Part shown: positions 28,278 through 39,120 of the stretch, in pieces
How positions within the stretch are numbered: the stretch's first letter is position 1
Layout of the letters: every line of letters starts with the position of its first letter
Source: an uncultured Bacteroidales bacterium
GTDB taxonomy: Bacteria; Bacteroidota; Bacteroidia; Bacteroidales; FEN-979
Reading direction: 5' to 3'
Assembly (NCBI GenBank): GCA_903903985.1
Contig: CAIVAT010000022.1
Coordinates: forward strand, 62,903-126,902
Length of the DNA stretch: 64,000 nucleotides
The notes under the pieces: generated by a model
Database searches by the model: none
The model's input: only the letters and a program-made list of their open reading frames with translations
What the model was told of the DNA's origin: nothing
Position numbers and translations under genes: made by a program

Positions 28278-28763
28278 ATGGAAAACATCAGGTCCTTAGA
28301 AATTAAAGCTGCACTGAAGATCATGAAACCTGTCGGGGAGGTCTATGAAGCGATCATTGATCCCGGAAAAATGTCAAACTATTTCATATCTGAAAGTAGC
28401 GGGAGGATGGAGGAAGGGGAACTGCTCTTCTGGCGGTTCCCTGAATTTGACATGGAATTTCCGGTCCGCGTGGGGAAAATCGTGAAGGATAGATATATTT
28501 CCTACTACTGGACAAACGATGGGGAGGAATCACTGGTTGAAATGACGCTGGCTGCAACTCCCGACCGATCGACCGTTGTGACCATCACAGAGAAAAGCAA
28601 AAACAATGATGAAGCCGGACTCAGGTGGTTAAAACAAAACACGGAAGGCTGGGCAAACTTCCTTGCATGTCTTAAAGCCTGGCTTGAATATGGAATAAAC
28701 CTGAGAAAAGGCGCTTTTGATTTTCTGAAAAATCAATGTGGAACGGCACGGATATTTCTTTAA
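28278..28763 (+). CDS. SRPBCC/AHSA1 domain protein
   Basis: KPVGEVYEAIIDP.KMSNYF, STVVTITE, NTEGWANFLACLKAWLEYGINLR. Confidence 0.88.
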   Translation: MENIRSLEIKAALKIMKPVGEVYEAIIDPGKMSNYFISESSGRMEEGELLFWRFPEFDMEFPVRVGKIVKDRYISYYWTNDGEESLVEMTLAATPDRSTVVTITEKSKNNDEAGLRWLKQNTEGWANFLACLKAWLEYGINLRKGAFDFLKNQCGTARIFL

Positions 28764-29193
28764 TTAAGTCTTCCATTTGAGACCCGGGATCTGGATCAAG
28801 CAAATCCATACAGGAGTTTCAGTCACGCCGGCAATCTTTTCAAAAACATATGCTTTCATTGATTGGCTGAATGAAAATCCTATTAATATAATTGTTGCCT
28901 CGTCTTCCGCTGACCCCCGGAATCATTGCGAAGGTACCGGAGAAAATTTTCCAGATTTGTTGGAATAGCATGCGACCAGCATTATCCTGGATTATCCAAC
29001 CATTTTGACATCATCACGGGGAGGATGATGTAAAATCAAAATTAATTCCCTTAAAAATTGTTAATTCAAGCGTGTGAATGATAATTAAATATATCTTTGT
29101 TTGTAATTAGTCTATATTAACACAGTGGGTGCAAAGCTGCATTGGCATTTAACTCCAGTTGACCTGGCCAGGGGAAACTTAAATACTATAGAT

Positions 29194-29718
29194 ATGAGTA
29201 AAAATTCCGTTGTTGAAATTCGTGAAGCTGCACTCCCCAATGACATTGATTTTATCCGACAATTGTGGACAGATTATCTGACATGGGGAAACGACAATAT
29301 GCAAAAGCTTTATGGAGTGCATCCACATAATCCGAAGGAAGCAGTGGAACAAGATGTTAAAATGATTGACAAATTCCTGCCTCCAAATGGACGTCTTATG
29401 CTTGCATTCATTGATAAAAATGCCTGTGGAATAGGATGCCTGAAAATGATTAATGAAGAAACAGGTGAAATTAAACGAATGTATGTAACCCCATCTTTCA
29501 GAAATATTGGAGCAGGACGAGCTATACTTCAATCCTTACTGGATGCTGCAAAAGAAACAGGTTACAGGAAAGTGCGATTGGATAGCCCAAAGTTTATGGA
29601 AGCTGCTCATTCACTTTACCGAAGTTTTGGTTTTAAAAACATTTCAGCTTATCCGGAGGTTGAAATTCCAGAAGAGTTCAGAAAATATTTATTGTTTATG
29701 GAATTAGATTTATCTTAA
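29194..29718 (+). CDS. GNAT family N-acetyltransferase
   Basis: GEIKRMYV.PSFRNIGAGRAIL, GYRKVRLDS, AHSLYRSFGF. Confidence 0.9.
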   Translation: MSKNSVVEIREAALPNDIDFIRQLWTDYLTWGNDNMQKLYGVHPHNPKEAVEQDVKMIDKFLPPNGRLMLAFIDKNACGIGCLKMINEETGEIKRMYVTPSFRNIGAGRAILQSLLDAAKETGYRKVRLDSPKFMEAAHSLYRSFGFKNISAYPEVEIPEEFRKYLLFMELDLS

Positions 29719-29841
29719 TCCTGAACGACATATTAAGCTGATTGATCGAAAAAGAAGAACGCCAGCATCGAAACAATTAACGGTCAAAAAAAAGGGTAAG
29801 CCGAAAACCTGCCAGAGTAGGCAATAAAAAAATAAATGAAA

Positions 29842-30355
29842 ATGAAAAAAACAATTAATCTTCCACGTCATCTGATCTTGTTGACTACCCTCGCTATCTT
29901 GTTTTGCACGACGCAGAGTTGTTAAGAAGCACCCAAAATATGAAGTGGGGCGGCACTGCAAACGGAGGCTCCTGAGTATTTTCTACTCCGGCCCCGGACT
30001 TGAAAAGACTTATGGTTACTCCCATGCCGTAAAAATCGGGGATGATCTTAAAATATCCGGAGCAGTAAGCATGGACAGTGTTGGGAATTTAACTGCTGCC
30101 GGCAATATGGATCAGCAAATGAAGAACTGCTATGGCGATTTGGATAAAATTTTAAAGCATTACGGATACACATTCGACGATGTTGTGGCAGAAAACGTAT
30201 ATACAACCAATATGGCTGAATTTATCAAAATCTCGGCTTATCGTAATTCTATTTATAAGAAGCAATTCCCCACAGGAACATGGCTCGAAGTAAAAGGCCT
30301 CGCACTTCAAGGACAGTTGATTGAGATAGATATGGAGGCTCATAAGGCGAAGTGA
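29842..30355 (+). pseudogene. RidA/YjgF family lipoprotein, disrupted
   Basis: Signal MKKTIN...TQSC, then TAA (29923) and TGA (29941) in frame; reads TEAPEYFLLRP, then a +1 shift in the C-run 29992-29995 into GLEKTYGYSHAVKIG...QLIEID. Confidence 0.8.
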
Positions 30356-30450
30356 CCTTTTAAGAATATTTGGGGTCAATTGACACAAACGACATAAGAG
30401 AAAACAGCTAAAAAGTGTTTATTCCATGCTTGGTAACCTTAATACTTAAA

Positions 30451-31818
30451 ATGAAAAAATATATAATATTCTGTTGTTTTATTGCAAGCCTGCAAACGAC
30501 TCTTGCTCAGAACAAAGAGGCAGATATTATGTTAAAGGAATTAAGTAAAGCCTCAACTGACAGTTCCCGTGTAGGACTGATGAATAAAATCCTTTATCAA
30601 ACAAACTCCCTTACCCAGCAGGAAAGGATTGACTATTCCAAAAAAATACTTGATTTGGCAAGAAAACATCATGACAGGATTCTTGAATCGGTTATCACCG
30701 CAGAATTGGGTTATCTTATCTCAATCAATGGCAACAACCTCCTGGGTTCGGAACTGGCATTCAGCGGATTGGAAATAGCGCAACAGCATAAGAACAAACA
30801 AGCCCTCGGTATTATTTACCAGGATCTGGCTATTTGTTTCAGGAATGACAGGACAAAACGCAAACAGTATCTTTTTAAGGCTTTGCCATATTCTGAAGCC
30901 GCAGGTGATTATTTTAACTTGACTTCTACCCTGCTTACTCTTTCCAAATATTATTCTTCTGTTCAATTCAAGGATTCTGCTTTGTATTACGCACAGCGGA
31001 GTTATGAGCTCTGTTTATCCAAAAACGTGGAAGTAAATTTACCTCATAGCCTTATCCAGTTAGCCAGCGTCCATTATTATGATTTAGGAAATAAAGGAAT
31101 TGCACTGGAGTATATGAAGAAGGCATTGGCTACAAAATATGGCAGGGAAAACCCGGGCGTTTTTGTAATCGTTAACACGACCCTTGCCGGCTTGTTTCAT
31201 GACCAGAAAATGCCGGATTCCGCACTTTATTATAACAATAAGGCCTTCGATAAACTGGGAAAAGCGCCTTTCACATCATATTTAAACGTCTATGGTGTAT
31301 ACAAAAAAGTTTATTCAAATATAAACAGCGATAGTACATTAAAATATTATAAACTTTATGAAACTGTTAGAGACAGCATTGAAAAAGTGTCTGATGCACA
31401 GCAACAGCAATTAGTATCTATAAAAAAAGATTTAGAAATAGAAAAGGCGGCAACACAACGCCAGCAAAATATTCAATATGCATTGATCGCCATGGGAATT
31501 GTGACATTTATCGCCATGTTTTTCATGTTCAGCCGCAGCATTATTGTTACAGAAAAATGGATATCCTTCTTCGGTATACTTGGTTTGCTGATCGTGTTTG
31601 AGTTTGTCAATCTTTTCATTCATCCGTTTTTAGAAAGGATAACAAGCCACACGCCTATACTGATGCTGCTTGCACTGGTTGCCGTTGCGTCGTTGCTTAT
31701 TCCGTTGCATCACCGCATCGAAAAATGGGTTAAAGAAAAAATGACGGAGAAAAACAAAGTCATTCGATTGGCAAATGCGAAGAAGACGATTGAAAAACTG
31801 GAAGGAAATAACCATTAA
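30451..31818 (+). CDS. TPR-like periplasmic domain + 3 C-terminal TM helices (paralog 1)
   Basis: Signal peptide, helical repeats (DSALYY), C-terminal FFGILGLLIVFEFVNLFIHPFLE...LLIPLHHRIEKW. Confidence 0.75.
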   Translation: MKKYIIFCCFIASLQTTLAQNKEADIMLKELSKASTDSSRVGLMNKILYQTNSLTQQERIDYSKKILDLARKHHDRILESVITAELGYLISINGNNLLGSELAFSGLEIAQQHKNKQALGIIYQDLAICFRNDRTKRKQYLFKALPYSEAAGDYFNLTSTLLTLSKYYSSVQFKDSALYYAQRSYELCLSKNVEVNLPHSLIQLASVHYYDLGNKGIALEYMKKALATKYGRENPGVFVIVNTTLAGLFHDQKMPDSALYYNNKAFDKLGKAPFTSYLNVYGVYKKVYSNINSDSTLKYYKLYETVRDSIEKVSDAQQQQLVSIKKDLEIEKAATQRQQNIQYALIAMGIVTFIAMFFMFSRSIIVTEKWISFFGILGLLIVFEFVNLFIHPFLERITSHTPILMLLALVAVASLLIPLHHRIEKWVKEKMTEKNKVIRLANAKKTIEKLEGNNH

Positions 31819-31828
31819 AAATCCGGAT

Positions 31829-33220
31829 ATGAAAAAGATCCTATACATCATTTTGTTTTATGCAAGTTTGCATTACACCAATGCTCAAACTCCCAACCTG
31901 GACAAACTACTTCAGAAAATTTCTCTGGAGAAAAATGACAGCAGTCGATTTTATCTGGCTTTTAGCGGATTAACCGTCTCTGAAACGAACCCGGTTTTGG
32001 ATATGGGAAATGCTGAAATAATTTTAGTCCATGGACAAAAAACCAACGACAGAGTATGTCAGGTCCTCGGGTTAGCGTGTTTAGGCTATGATTACAGGGC
32101 ATTTGGGAATACTGCCAGGAGTTTGGAATACAATTTAAAGGCAAAAGTGGTTGCAGAAAATTCAAAAGATGACCGGTTGATTTTTCCTGTCTACAATGGG
32201 CTTGCCACTACTTATTTAGACCTGGGAGATTATCCTAAAGCCATTGCATACAATCTGGCATCACTGGAAAAAGCTGCCCACGTAGAAGTGAACATTTTTA
32301 CCATTTTCGCTAATCTGACAATGGGTGAAATATATCTGGCAAAAAACAAAACGGATTCGGCACTGATATACACGCAGAAGGCTTACGAACTAAGTATGAG
32401 CGCAGGGATTAAAGAATATTTAGGCGGAATCTACGGGCAGCTGGGCAGCATTCAGGCCAAACTTCACAATTTCACGCTTGCGTTAAGTTATTTGAATTTA
32501 TCGCTGGAAGAAGGATATAAAATCAAATCCCCAAAATACATTAACATTTCTTACACCGCGATCGCGGAATATTATCTGAATGCGAACCAAAAAGATTCTG
32601 CCATAGCTTATTCAAAAAAAGCCATTGCCACTGTTCAAAATTCAGCATTTGAAACCATGGTTATCAAACCCGCAAAATTGCTCACAGATATTTACAGGAA
32701 TGTCAACATTGACAGCGCTTTTAAATATTCTGAAATGCATAAAACGGCGAAAGACAGTTTATTCAGCATCAAAGCAATTCAGCAAACCCAATTGATGACG
32801 TTTGAAGAGGAGGCCCGTCAGCAGGAATTAGGTGTTGTAAAGGCTAAAGAGGGGGAACAACGGAAACAGTATATTCAATATGCCGTGATTGCACTAAGCA
32901 TCATTACTTTGATCATTCTGTTTTTAATACTCAGCCGCAGCTTCATCGCCAATACAAAACTGATTGAGTTTTTTGGTGTGATTGCATTATTGATTGTATT
33001 TGAGTTCCTCAATTTACTGCTGCATCCTTTTTTGGAAAACATAACACATCATACCCCTGTGTTCATGCTGTTGGCGCTGGTTTGTATTGCCTCCTTGCTG
33101 GTGCCGATGCATCATAGGATTGAAAAATGGGCAACGCATCAACTGGTGGAAAAGAATAAACAGGTTCGGCTGGCAGCAGCGAAGAAAACGATTGAAGAAT
33201 TGGAAAACACGAACAAATAG
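31829..33220 (+). CDS. TPR periplasmic domain + 3 C-terminal TM helices (paralog 2)
   Basis: YNGLATTYLDLGDYPKAIAY, DSALIY; C-terminal FFGVIALLIVFEFLNLLLHPFLE...LLVPMHHRIEKW. Confidence 0.8.
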   Translation: MKKILYIILFYASLHYTNAQTPNLDKLLQKISLEKNDSSRFYLAFSGLTVSETNPVLDMGNAEIILVHGQKTNDRVCQVLGLACLGYDYRAFGNTARSLEYNLKAKVVAENSKDDRLIFPVYNGLATTYLDLGDYPKAIAYNLASLEKAAHVEVNIFTIFANLTMGEIYLAKNKTDSALIYTQKAYELSMSAGIKEYLGGIYGQLGSIQAKLHNFTLALSYLNLSLEEGYKIKSPKYINISYTAIAEYYLNANQKDSAIAYSKKAIATVQNSAFETMVIKPAKLLTDIYRNVNIDSAFKYSEMHKTAKDSLFSIKAIQQTQLMTFEEEARQQELGVVKAKEGEQRKQYIQYAVIALSIITLIILFLILSRSFIANTKLIEFFGVIALLIVFEFLNLLLHPFLENITHHTPVFMLLALVCIASLLVPMHHRIEKWATHQLVEKNKQVRLAAAKKTIEELENTNK

Positions 33221-33240
33221 CCAACCTAAAAAACGAAATT

Positions 33241-33498
33241 ATGAAACACAGTGCCGTGTTCCATAGATTATTGTTCCTGTCTGTAATCACGGCCATTTGG
33301 GGGGCAGGATTTACCAATATGCTACACGCACAAGCAAACCAGGTTGAATCCAATATAAAAATGTTTACGCATGTTTGGGATGAAATTATTAACTAGAGGA
33401 AACTGGACCTTGTAAATGAATCTAACTTTACCAAAAACCCGGTCATGCATGGAGGTGCCGCAGATGTGGTCGGCATTGACAGCGCCCATGCGCATTGA
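33241..33498 (+). pseudogene. SnoaL-like ester cyclase, nonsense mutation and truncated
   Basis: MKHSAV...QANQVESNIKMFTHVWDEIIN*(TAG 33394)RKLDLVNESNF...VVGIDSAHAH*. Confidence 0.6.
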
Positions 33499-33684
33499 CA
33501 AACCGGTTTTGCTTCGAAACCTGTTCGATCTGGCCTTTCATTTTCCGGCCAGATACTTTCTTATAATAAAATCCCTGGGCCATTGAAAGATGCCGGAAAT
33601 ACGACGACCTTGGCACATTACTGACAAGGAATAACCATAGAGGAATTCTTAACAACACCCGTTTCCAACTTGTTTTTTTAACCT

Positions 33685-34060
33685 GGGAAATCCTCCCCGG
33701 CAATTCGCGAATTAACATGTCCCGGAAAATCAAGGCACTGTGCCAGAACAACCTCTGCGAATTCTGGAAACTCGAAATCTCTGATTTCCAAAAAGCAAAA
33801 GGCATCGGGAAACAACGCCTGCCTGATTGTTTCCATGTTTGCGCTCTCCCGCCGAAGAAACACTTCGGAAGTCGTTGTCAAACCTAAAATATCCAGCAGC
33901 AGGGATGCATACACAGTTTTACATTCCCTGATCGGCGAGCTGCCTTATGAAGAATTCTGGATGCTGCTGCTGAACCGGGCAAACAAGATCATGATTACGG
34001 TGAAGGTTTCCGAAGGCGTGATCTCCGGTACCGTGGTTGATCCTAAAGTGATATTCTTCA
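33685..34060 (+). pseudogene. radC: radC (JAB-domain) remnant, frameshifted and truncated before the HNHPSG motif
   Basis: One frame gives MSRKIKALCQNNLCEFWKLEISDFQKAKGIG; the next gives LSRRR...KISSSRDAY...LPYEEFWMLLLNRANK...SEGVISGTVVDPKVIF. Start coordinate approximate. Confidence 0.8.
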
Positions 34061-34393
34061 CTGTTATTCGATTATTATTAACTTCATTGTCTCTGATTCT
34101 GAAAGAACCCATGTGCTTACGATTGCCGCATCAGATACTCTTACAAATGTTCCTATGCAGAAAGCGCTCACGTATTCCGTTGTTGTAGTGATGGACCTGA
34201 CGGCAGGAATGAATGGGAATACTGTTTTTACCTTCATATTAATCAAGTAGAATAACTCAATCAACTTTATTTTAGGCGTACCGCAAGTTTTAATTATTTT
34301 TGATGTCTAACTATACCAAGGATGCGTGTTTTCCTGGCGTAATATTTTAAAACAAATCTCGTTGAAAGTCTTAATTATTTGTAATTTTGTCAC

Positions 34394-34795
34394 ATGTTTA
34401 AAAGTGCCGGACATATTTTATTAATCCTTGTGCTGCTTTTCGGTACCACGGGATTGACAATTACCAGGCATTATTGTGGCAAAAACCTAATACATACTGC
34501 TTTGTATTCAACACCCGATAATTGCTGCAAAGGAAATTGTCCGGGTTGTCATAATGAAAAAATCAGCCTCCGGATCACAGACCAATATGAATCCACACAA
34601 GGTCATATAGACTTCAATGCAGGATTTCAAAAAATGTGGGAACAATTTTCCCTTCCTGCTTTACATGCATTCTCGAATTCGAATGAGTTATGCCTGATGA
34701 ATGATGGATCAGGAGGGCTTCGAAAAAATCCCTTCACATCAAAACCCATTTTTGCAGGACAATCATCCCCGGTCCTGCAGGTATTCCTTTTCTGA
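34394..34795 (+). CDS. HYC_CC_PP family protein (metal-transport-associated)
   Basis: TM/signal segment then TRHYCG, CCKGNCPGCHNE, C-terminal PVLQVFLF; TAATTTTG promoter at 34382. Confidence 0.8.
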   Translation: MFKSAGHILLILVLLFGTTGLTITRHYCGKNLIHTALYSTPDNCCKGNCPGCHNEKISLRITDQYESTQGHIDFNAGFQKMWEQFSLPALHAFSNSNELCLMNDGSGGLRKNPFTSKPIFAGQSSPVLQVFLF

Positions 34796-34916
34796 AAATC
34801 CATTTCTTTTATCCTTGTAAGGATCTGCCTGAATTAGGGGCATTTCCCTGCTTTTGATGTTGGTATCACCCTCACAAGCCCATTCAATTATTTATTCCAA
34901 GTAAAATTCATTCAAA

Positions 34917-35177
34917 ATGAGAAAAATTGCATTCATTGCCATTGGTGCGGTGATATTATTTGCGGTAGGTTGTAACAAGAGTAAAACATCTCCTGACACC
35001 AACACAGAAGACTTGAAGGCAACGGAAACACCCTGAAACATGAAAGCTGGTTCATGCCCAAAATGCGGCATGGATATGGTCAAAGCCAATGCCCAAGGTG
35101 GCCATAACAATGTAAGATGTAAAATGACCCACAGAAAGATGGGTATAATTCCAGCGGGCAGGGAGGATGTGGGATGA
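34917..35177 (+). pseudogene. Heavy-metal-binding-domain lipoprotein remnant
   Basis: Lipobox AVGC; in-frame TGA at 35034, then KAGSCPKCGMDM; the YxCPM half of the motif is missing. Confidence 0.65.
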
Positions 35178-35265
35178 GGTAATACATTCAGTATCTTTAT
35201 GATTTCCAAGAAAATAGTTAGTGATGTTTATGGAAAGAGCGGATCGTAAATGTTAATTAAAAAGT

Positions 35266-38200
35266 ATGTTTAACCGACTTGTCAAATATTTCCTGGAAAA
35301 CCGGCTGATCACCTTCATATTTCTGATCGCCTTTATTGCCGGCGGGATAGTATTTGCACCGTTTAACTGGCAAACCGGTTTTATTCCGCGCGACCCGGTT
35401 CCCGTGGATGCAATTCCCGACATTGGTGACAACCAGCAAATAGTTGCAACCGAATGGATGGGCCGATCTCCCAAAGATATCCAGGACCAGGTGACCTATC
35501 CTTTAACTACTGCCTTATTGGGAATTCCCGGGGTGAGTACGGTTCGAAGTACCTCTATGTTTGGCATGTCGTTTATCTACATTATCTTTAAAGATAAAGT
35601 GGAATTCTATTGGAGTCGTTCCCGTATCCTGGAAAAACTCAACTCCTTACCGCCAGGAACCTTGCCGCCAGGCGTTCAACCTACATTGGGCCCTGACGCA
35701 ACGGCATTGGGTCAAATATTCTGGTATACACTTGAAGGACGTGATCCTAAAACCGGAAAACCAAACGGCGGGTGGGATCCGGCGGAATTACGCACAATTC
35801 AGGATTTTTACGTGAAGTATGGTCTTGCAACTGCCGAAGGGGTTTCTGAAGTGGCATCGGTTGGCGGTTTTGTCAAAGAGTACCAGGTCGATCTTAATCC
35901 GGAGGCTTTGAAAGCATTCAGTGTATCGGTTATGGATGCTATGAATGCCGTTCGGAAAAGCAATCTCGACATTGGTGCCGAAACCATCGAATTAAACAAT
36001 GTGGAGTATATCATCAGGGGACTTGGTTATATAAAGAACCTGGATGACCTTGAAAACTCAGTGGTCGCCGTTCGGAACAATGTCCCGGTCAGAATTAAAG
36101 ATATTGGCCATACAACTTTTGGACCCGCTACACGCCGGGGTGGACTTGACAAAGCCGGGTCGGAGGCAGTGGGGGCGGTTGTTGTTGCCCGATATGGATC
36201 TAATCCGATGGAGGTCATCGGCAACGTGAAGCAAAAGATAAAGGAACTTGAAGCCGGTTTGCCTCAAAAGACTTTACCGGATGGCAGCATCTCCAAGGTG
36301 AGCATTGTTCCTTTCTATGACCGCACGGGTTTGATCAAGGAAACAATTGGAACCCTTGAATATGCCCTGTCTCATGAAATCCTGATCAGCATCATCGTCA
36401 TTATTGTACTTGTCATGAACCTGCGGGCTTCATTTATTGTCGCTGGATTATTGCCCCTCGGGGTGTTGATGACCTTTATCCTGATGCGCTTCTTTGGCGT
36501 TGATGCAAACATTGTCGCTTTGTCAGGGATTGCAATTGCCATTGGCGTGATGGTCGACATTGGTATTGTGGACGTCGAGAATATCCTTCGACACCTGGAG
36601 ATGCCAGAGAACAAAGGGATACGGGGAAAGAAACTGATGGAAGTCATTTATCTTGCCACTACCGAAGTCAGGGCAGCTGTTGTTACTTCGATTGCCACTA
36701 CCATTGTCAGTTTCCTGCCGGTTTTTGCCATGGAAGCTGCAGAGGGTAAACTATTCCGCCCGCTTGCCTTTACCAAAACGTTTGCCCTTTTATCGGCTTT
36801 TTTCCTTGGTATCATCGTTTTGCCTACACTGGTGCACATTTTCTTCAACATACAATTCGACAAGAACAAGATACGTAAAATCTGGAATGGGATTTTGATC
36901 GGAGCAGGCATCCTGTTGGTCATTTTCTGGCACTCCTGGCCTGCCCTGGCGTTAGTAGCCATCGGCATCAACAATTTGCTTGATTTTCGCTGGCCGGAAA
37001 AACGAAAAGAATTTCCCAACTACATAAACATTGCAATTACTGTGCTGGTGGCGGTATGGTACCTTTCCATCGAATGGCTGCCACTGGGCGCTCATAATGG
37101 TGCATTTGTTAACTTTATTTTCGTGGCAGGTATTGTGACGGTCATTCTCGGGGCCTTGATGAGCATGGTACATTTTTACGAACCCCTCCTTCGCTGGTGC
37201 CTGATCCATAAATGGAAATTCCTGATGCTCCCTGCTTTTACTTTGCTTTTCGGCATCCTGGTATGGCAGGGTTTTAATAAAATTTTCGGTATTGTACCGG
37301 ATGGTTTAGAAAAGATCGGCTGGAAGAGTGTAAGACAAACAGCGTTGTGGCAGGGAACTGTGAAAACATTTCCCGGTACCGGTAACGAATTCATGCCTTC
37401 TCTTAATGAAGGTTCATACCTGTTGATGCCCACCAGTATGCCGCATTCAAGCATTGAAAAGAACCTTGAATACATCGAAATGCTTGATAAACAGCTTTCG
37501 GTCATTCCTGAAGTTGAAATTGCCGTTGGTAAATGGGGCCGCGTGAATTCAGCATTGGATCCTGCGCCTGTTCAGATGTTTGAGAATACCATCAATTACC
37601 GTTCTGAATATATTCTCGATGAAGATGGACACCGGATGCGGTTTAAAACGGACAGGGATGATAACTACTTTTTAAGAAACGGATCGAAATACAATCCTGA
37701 AAAGGAGGCATTCAGGATTGTTTCCGCGGATAGCCTTATTCCGGACGAAAAAGGTGAATTTTTCCGTCAATGGCGTTCGAAGATTAAAAAACCAAACGAT
37801 ATCTGGAATGAGATCGTTAAGGTAACCAACATCCCGGGGCTGACTTCCGCACCCAAACTGCAACCCATTGAAACACGACTGATCATGCTTTCCACCGGGA
37901 TGCGGGCTCCCATGGGACTGAAAGTCTATGGCCCTGACCTGGAATCAATCGAACAGGCAGGTTTACTGTTCGAGAAATTGCTTAAGGAGGTCCCGTCGGT
38001 AAAAGCCACTTCTGTGTTTTACGACCGCGCGGTTGGCGCACCTTATCTTGAAATTAAACTGAACCGTGAAGCGATGGCCCGATACGGAATGTCAATCAGC
38101 GACGTACAGGAAATTTTGCAGGTAGCTGTTGGCGGCATGTCGCTCAGCAACTCGGTTGAAGGACGTGAACGGTTCCCGATCAGGGTCCGGTATGCCCGTG

Positions 38201-39120
38201 AGCTGAGGGACAACCCGGACGATATTAAACGCATCCTGATCCCTGCGATGAATGGCGTGCAGGTTCCATTGGGCGAGATCGCCGACATCGACTACGCGAG
38301 GGGGGCACAAATGATCCGTAGCGAAAATACCTTCCTGGTTGGATACGTGATCTTTGATATGCAGGAAGGAAAGGCCGAAGTTGATGTGGTTGAGGCTGCA
38401 GCAAAAATCATCAAGGCTAAAATTGACCACGGTGGGATGAAATTGGCTCCCGGTGTTTCATACAAATTTGCCGGGAACTACGAACAGCAGATAAGGGCCA
38501 CAAAAAGACTCTCCATTGTGATCCCCATCAGTCTGATTCTGATATTGTTGTTGTTATACTTTCAGTTCCGTACAGTGACTGCCTCATTCATTCACTTTTC
38601 AGGTGTTTTTGTTGCTTTTGCCGGGGGCTTCATCATGCTCTGGCTATACGGACAGGGTTGGTTTATGAACTTTTCTATTACCGGCATTAACCTGCGGGAT
38701 TTGTTCCAGATGCATGCGATCAACCTGAGTGTCGCAGTCTGGGTAGGGTTCATTGCCCTTTTTGGCATTGCCACCAATGACGGGGTAATAATGGGTACTT
38801 ACATTCACCAGGTATTTGAACAACGGCAACCGACCACCGTCCACGAAGTGCGTGAAGCGGTGGTTGCTGCCGGGCTGAAACGAGTCCGTCCCGCCATGAT
38901 GACCACTGCTGTTGCGGTGATTGCCCTTTTACCTGTTTTAACTTCGACAGGAAAGGGAGCTGATATCATGGTACCCATGGCAATACCAGCCTTTGGAGGT
39001 ATGATCATCCAGGTGATGACCGTCTTTGTGGTTCCAATGTTCCAGGCCATGTGGAGGGAACGGGCTATAGTCCGTGCGAATAAAAATGCAATTCTAACAA
39101 ACAATACGCAAGAAAGATGA
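35266..39120 (+). CDS. cusA: Heavy-metal (Cu/Ag) efflux RND permease, CusA/SilA family
   Basis: PVDAIPD, QVTYPLTT, YWSRSRILEKL, LGPDATALG, GIAIAIGVMVD, LSVAVWVGFIALFGIA, RVRPAMMT. Confidence 0.9.
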   Translation: MFNRLVKYFLENRLITFIFLIAFIAGGIVFAPFNWQTGFIPRDPVPVDAIPDIGDNQQIVATEWMGRSPKDIQDQVTYPLTTALLGIPGVSTVRSTSMFGMSFIYIIFKDKVEFYWSRSRILEKLNSLPPGTLPPGVQPTLGPDATALGQIFWYTLEGRDPKTGKPNGGWDPAELRTIQDFYVKYGLATAEGVSEVASVGGFVKEYQVDLNPEALKAFSVSVMDAMNAVRKSNLDIGAETIELNNVEYIIRGLGYIKNLDDLENSVVAVRNNVPVRIKDIGHTTFGPATRRGGLDKAGSEAVGAVVVARYGSNPMEVIGNVKQKIKELEAGLPQKTLPDGSISKVSIVPFYDRTGLIKETIGTLEYALSHEILISIIVIIVLVMNLRASFIVAGLLPLGVLMTFILMRFFGVDANIVALSGIAIAIGVMVDIGIVDVENILRHLEMPENKGIRGKKLMEVIYLATTEVRAAVVTSIATTIVSFLPVFAMEAAEGKLFRPLAFTKTFALLSAFFLGIIVLPTLVHIFFNIQFDKNKIRKIWNGILIGAGILLVIFWHSWPALALVAIGINNLLDFRWPEKRKEFPNYINIAITVLVAVWYLSIEWLPLGAHNGAFVNFIFVAGIVTVILGALMSMVHFYEPLLRWCLIHKWKFLMLPAFTLLFGILVWQGFNKIFGIVPDGLEKIGWKSVRQTALWQGTVKTFPGTGNEFMPSLNEGSYLLMPTSMPHSSIEKNLEYIEMLDKQLSVIPEVEIAVGKWGRVNSALDPAPVQMFENTINYRSEYILDEDGHRMRFKTDRDDNYFLRNGSKYNPEKEAFRIVSADSLIPDEKGEFFRQWRSKIKKPNDIWNEIVKVTNIPGLTSAPKLQPIETRLIMLSTGMRAPMGLKVYGPDLESIEQAGLLFEKLLKEVPSVKATSVFYDRAVGAPYLEIKLNREAMARYGMSISDVQEILQVAVGGMSLSNSVEGRERFPIRVRYARELRDNPDDIKRILIPAMNGVQVPLGEIADIDYARGAQMIRSENTFLVGYVIFDMQEGKAEVDVVEAAAKIIKAKIDHGGMKLAPGVSYKFAGNYEQQIRATKRLSIVIPISLILILLLLYFQFRTVTASFIHFSGVFVAFAGGFIMLWLYGQGWFMNFSITGINLRDLFQMHAINLSVAVWVGFIALFGIATNDGVIMGTYIHQVFEQRQPTTVHEVREAVVAAGLKRVRPAMMTTAVAVIALLPVLTSTGKGADIMVPMAIPAFGGMIIQVMTVFVVPMFQAMWRERAIVRANKNAILTNNTQER

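Noticed and set aside
28777-28968. 63-aa ORF after the SRPBCC gene
   Set aside because: TTG start, no motif, no supporting signals.
33835-34188. 117-aa ORF as an intact RadC
   Set aside because: Lacks the HNHPSG metal motif and its N-terminus lies in another frame; called a pseudogene instead.
34060-34250. Open frame after the radC remnant (…SDSERTHVLTIAASDTLTNVPMQK…FILIK*)
   Set aside because: No start codon and no recognisable family; may be a fragment but cannot be supported.
35034-35036. In-frame TGA near a CxxC motif as possible selenocysteine or recoding
   Set aside because: The TGA is not at a Cys position of the HMBD motif, half of the motif is deleted, and nearby pseudogenes break with TAA, TAG and frameshifts, which indicates decay.
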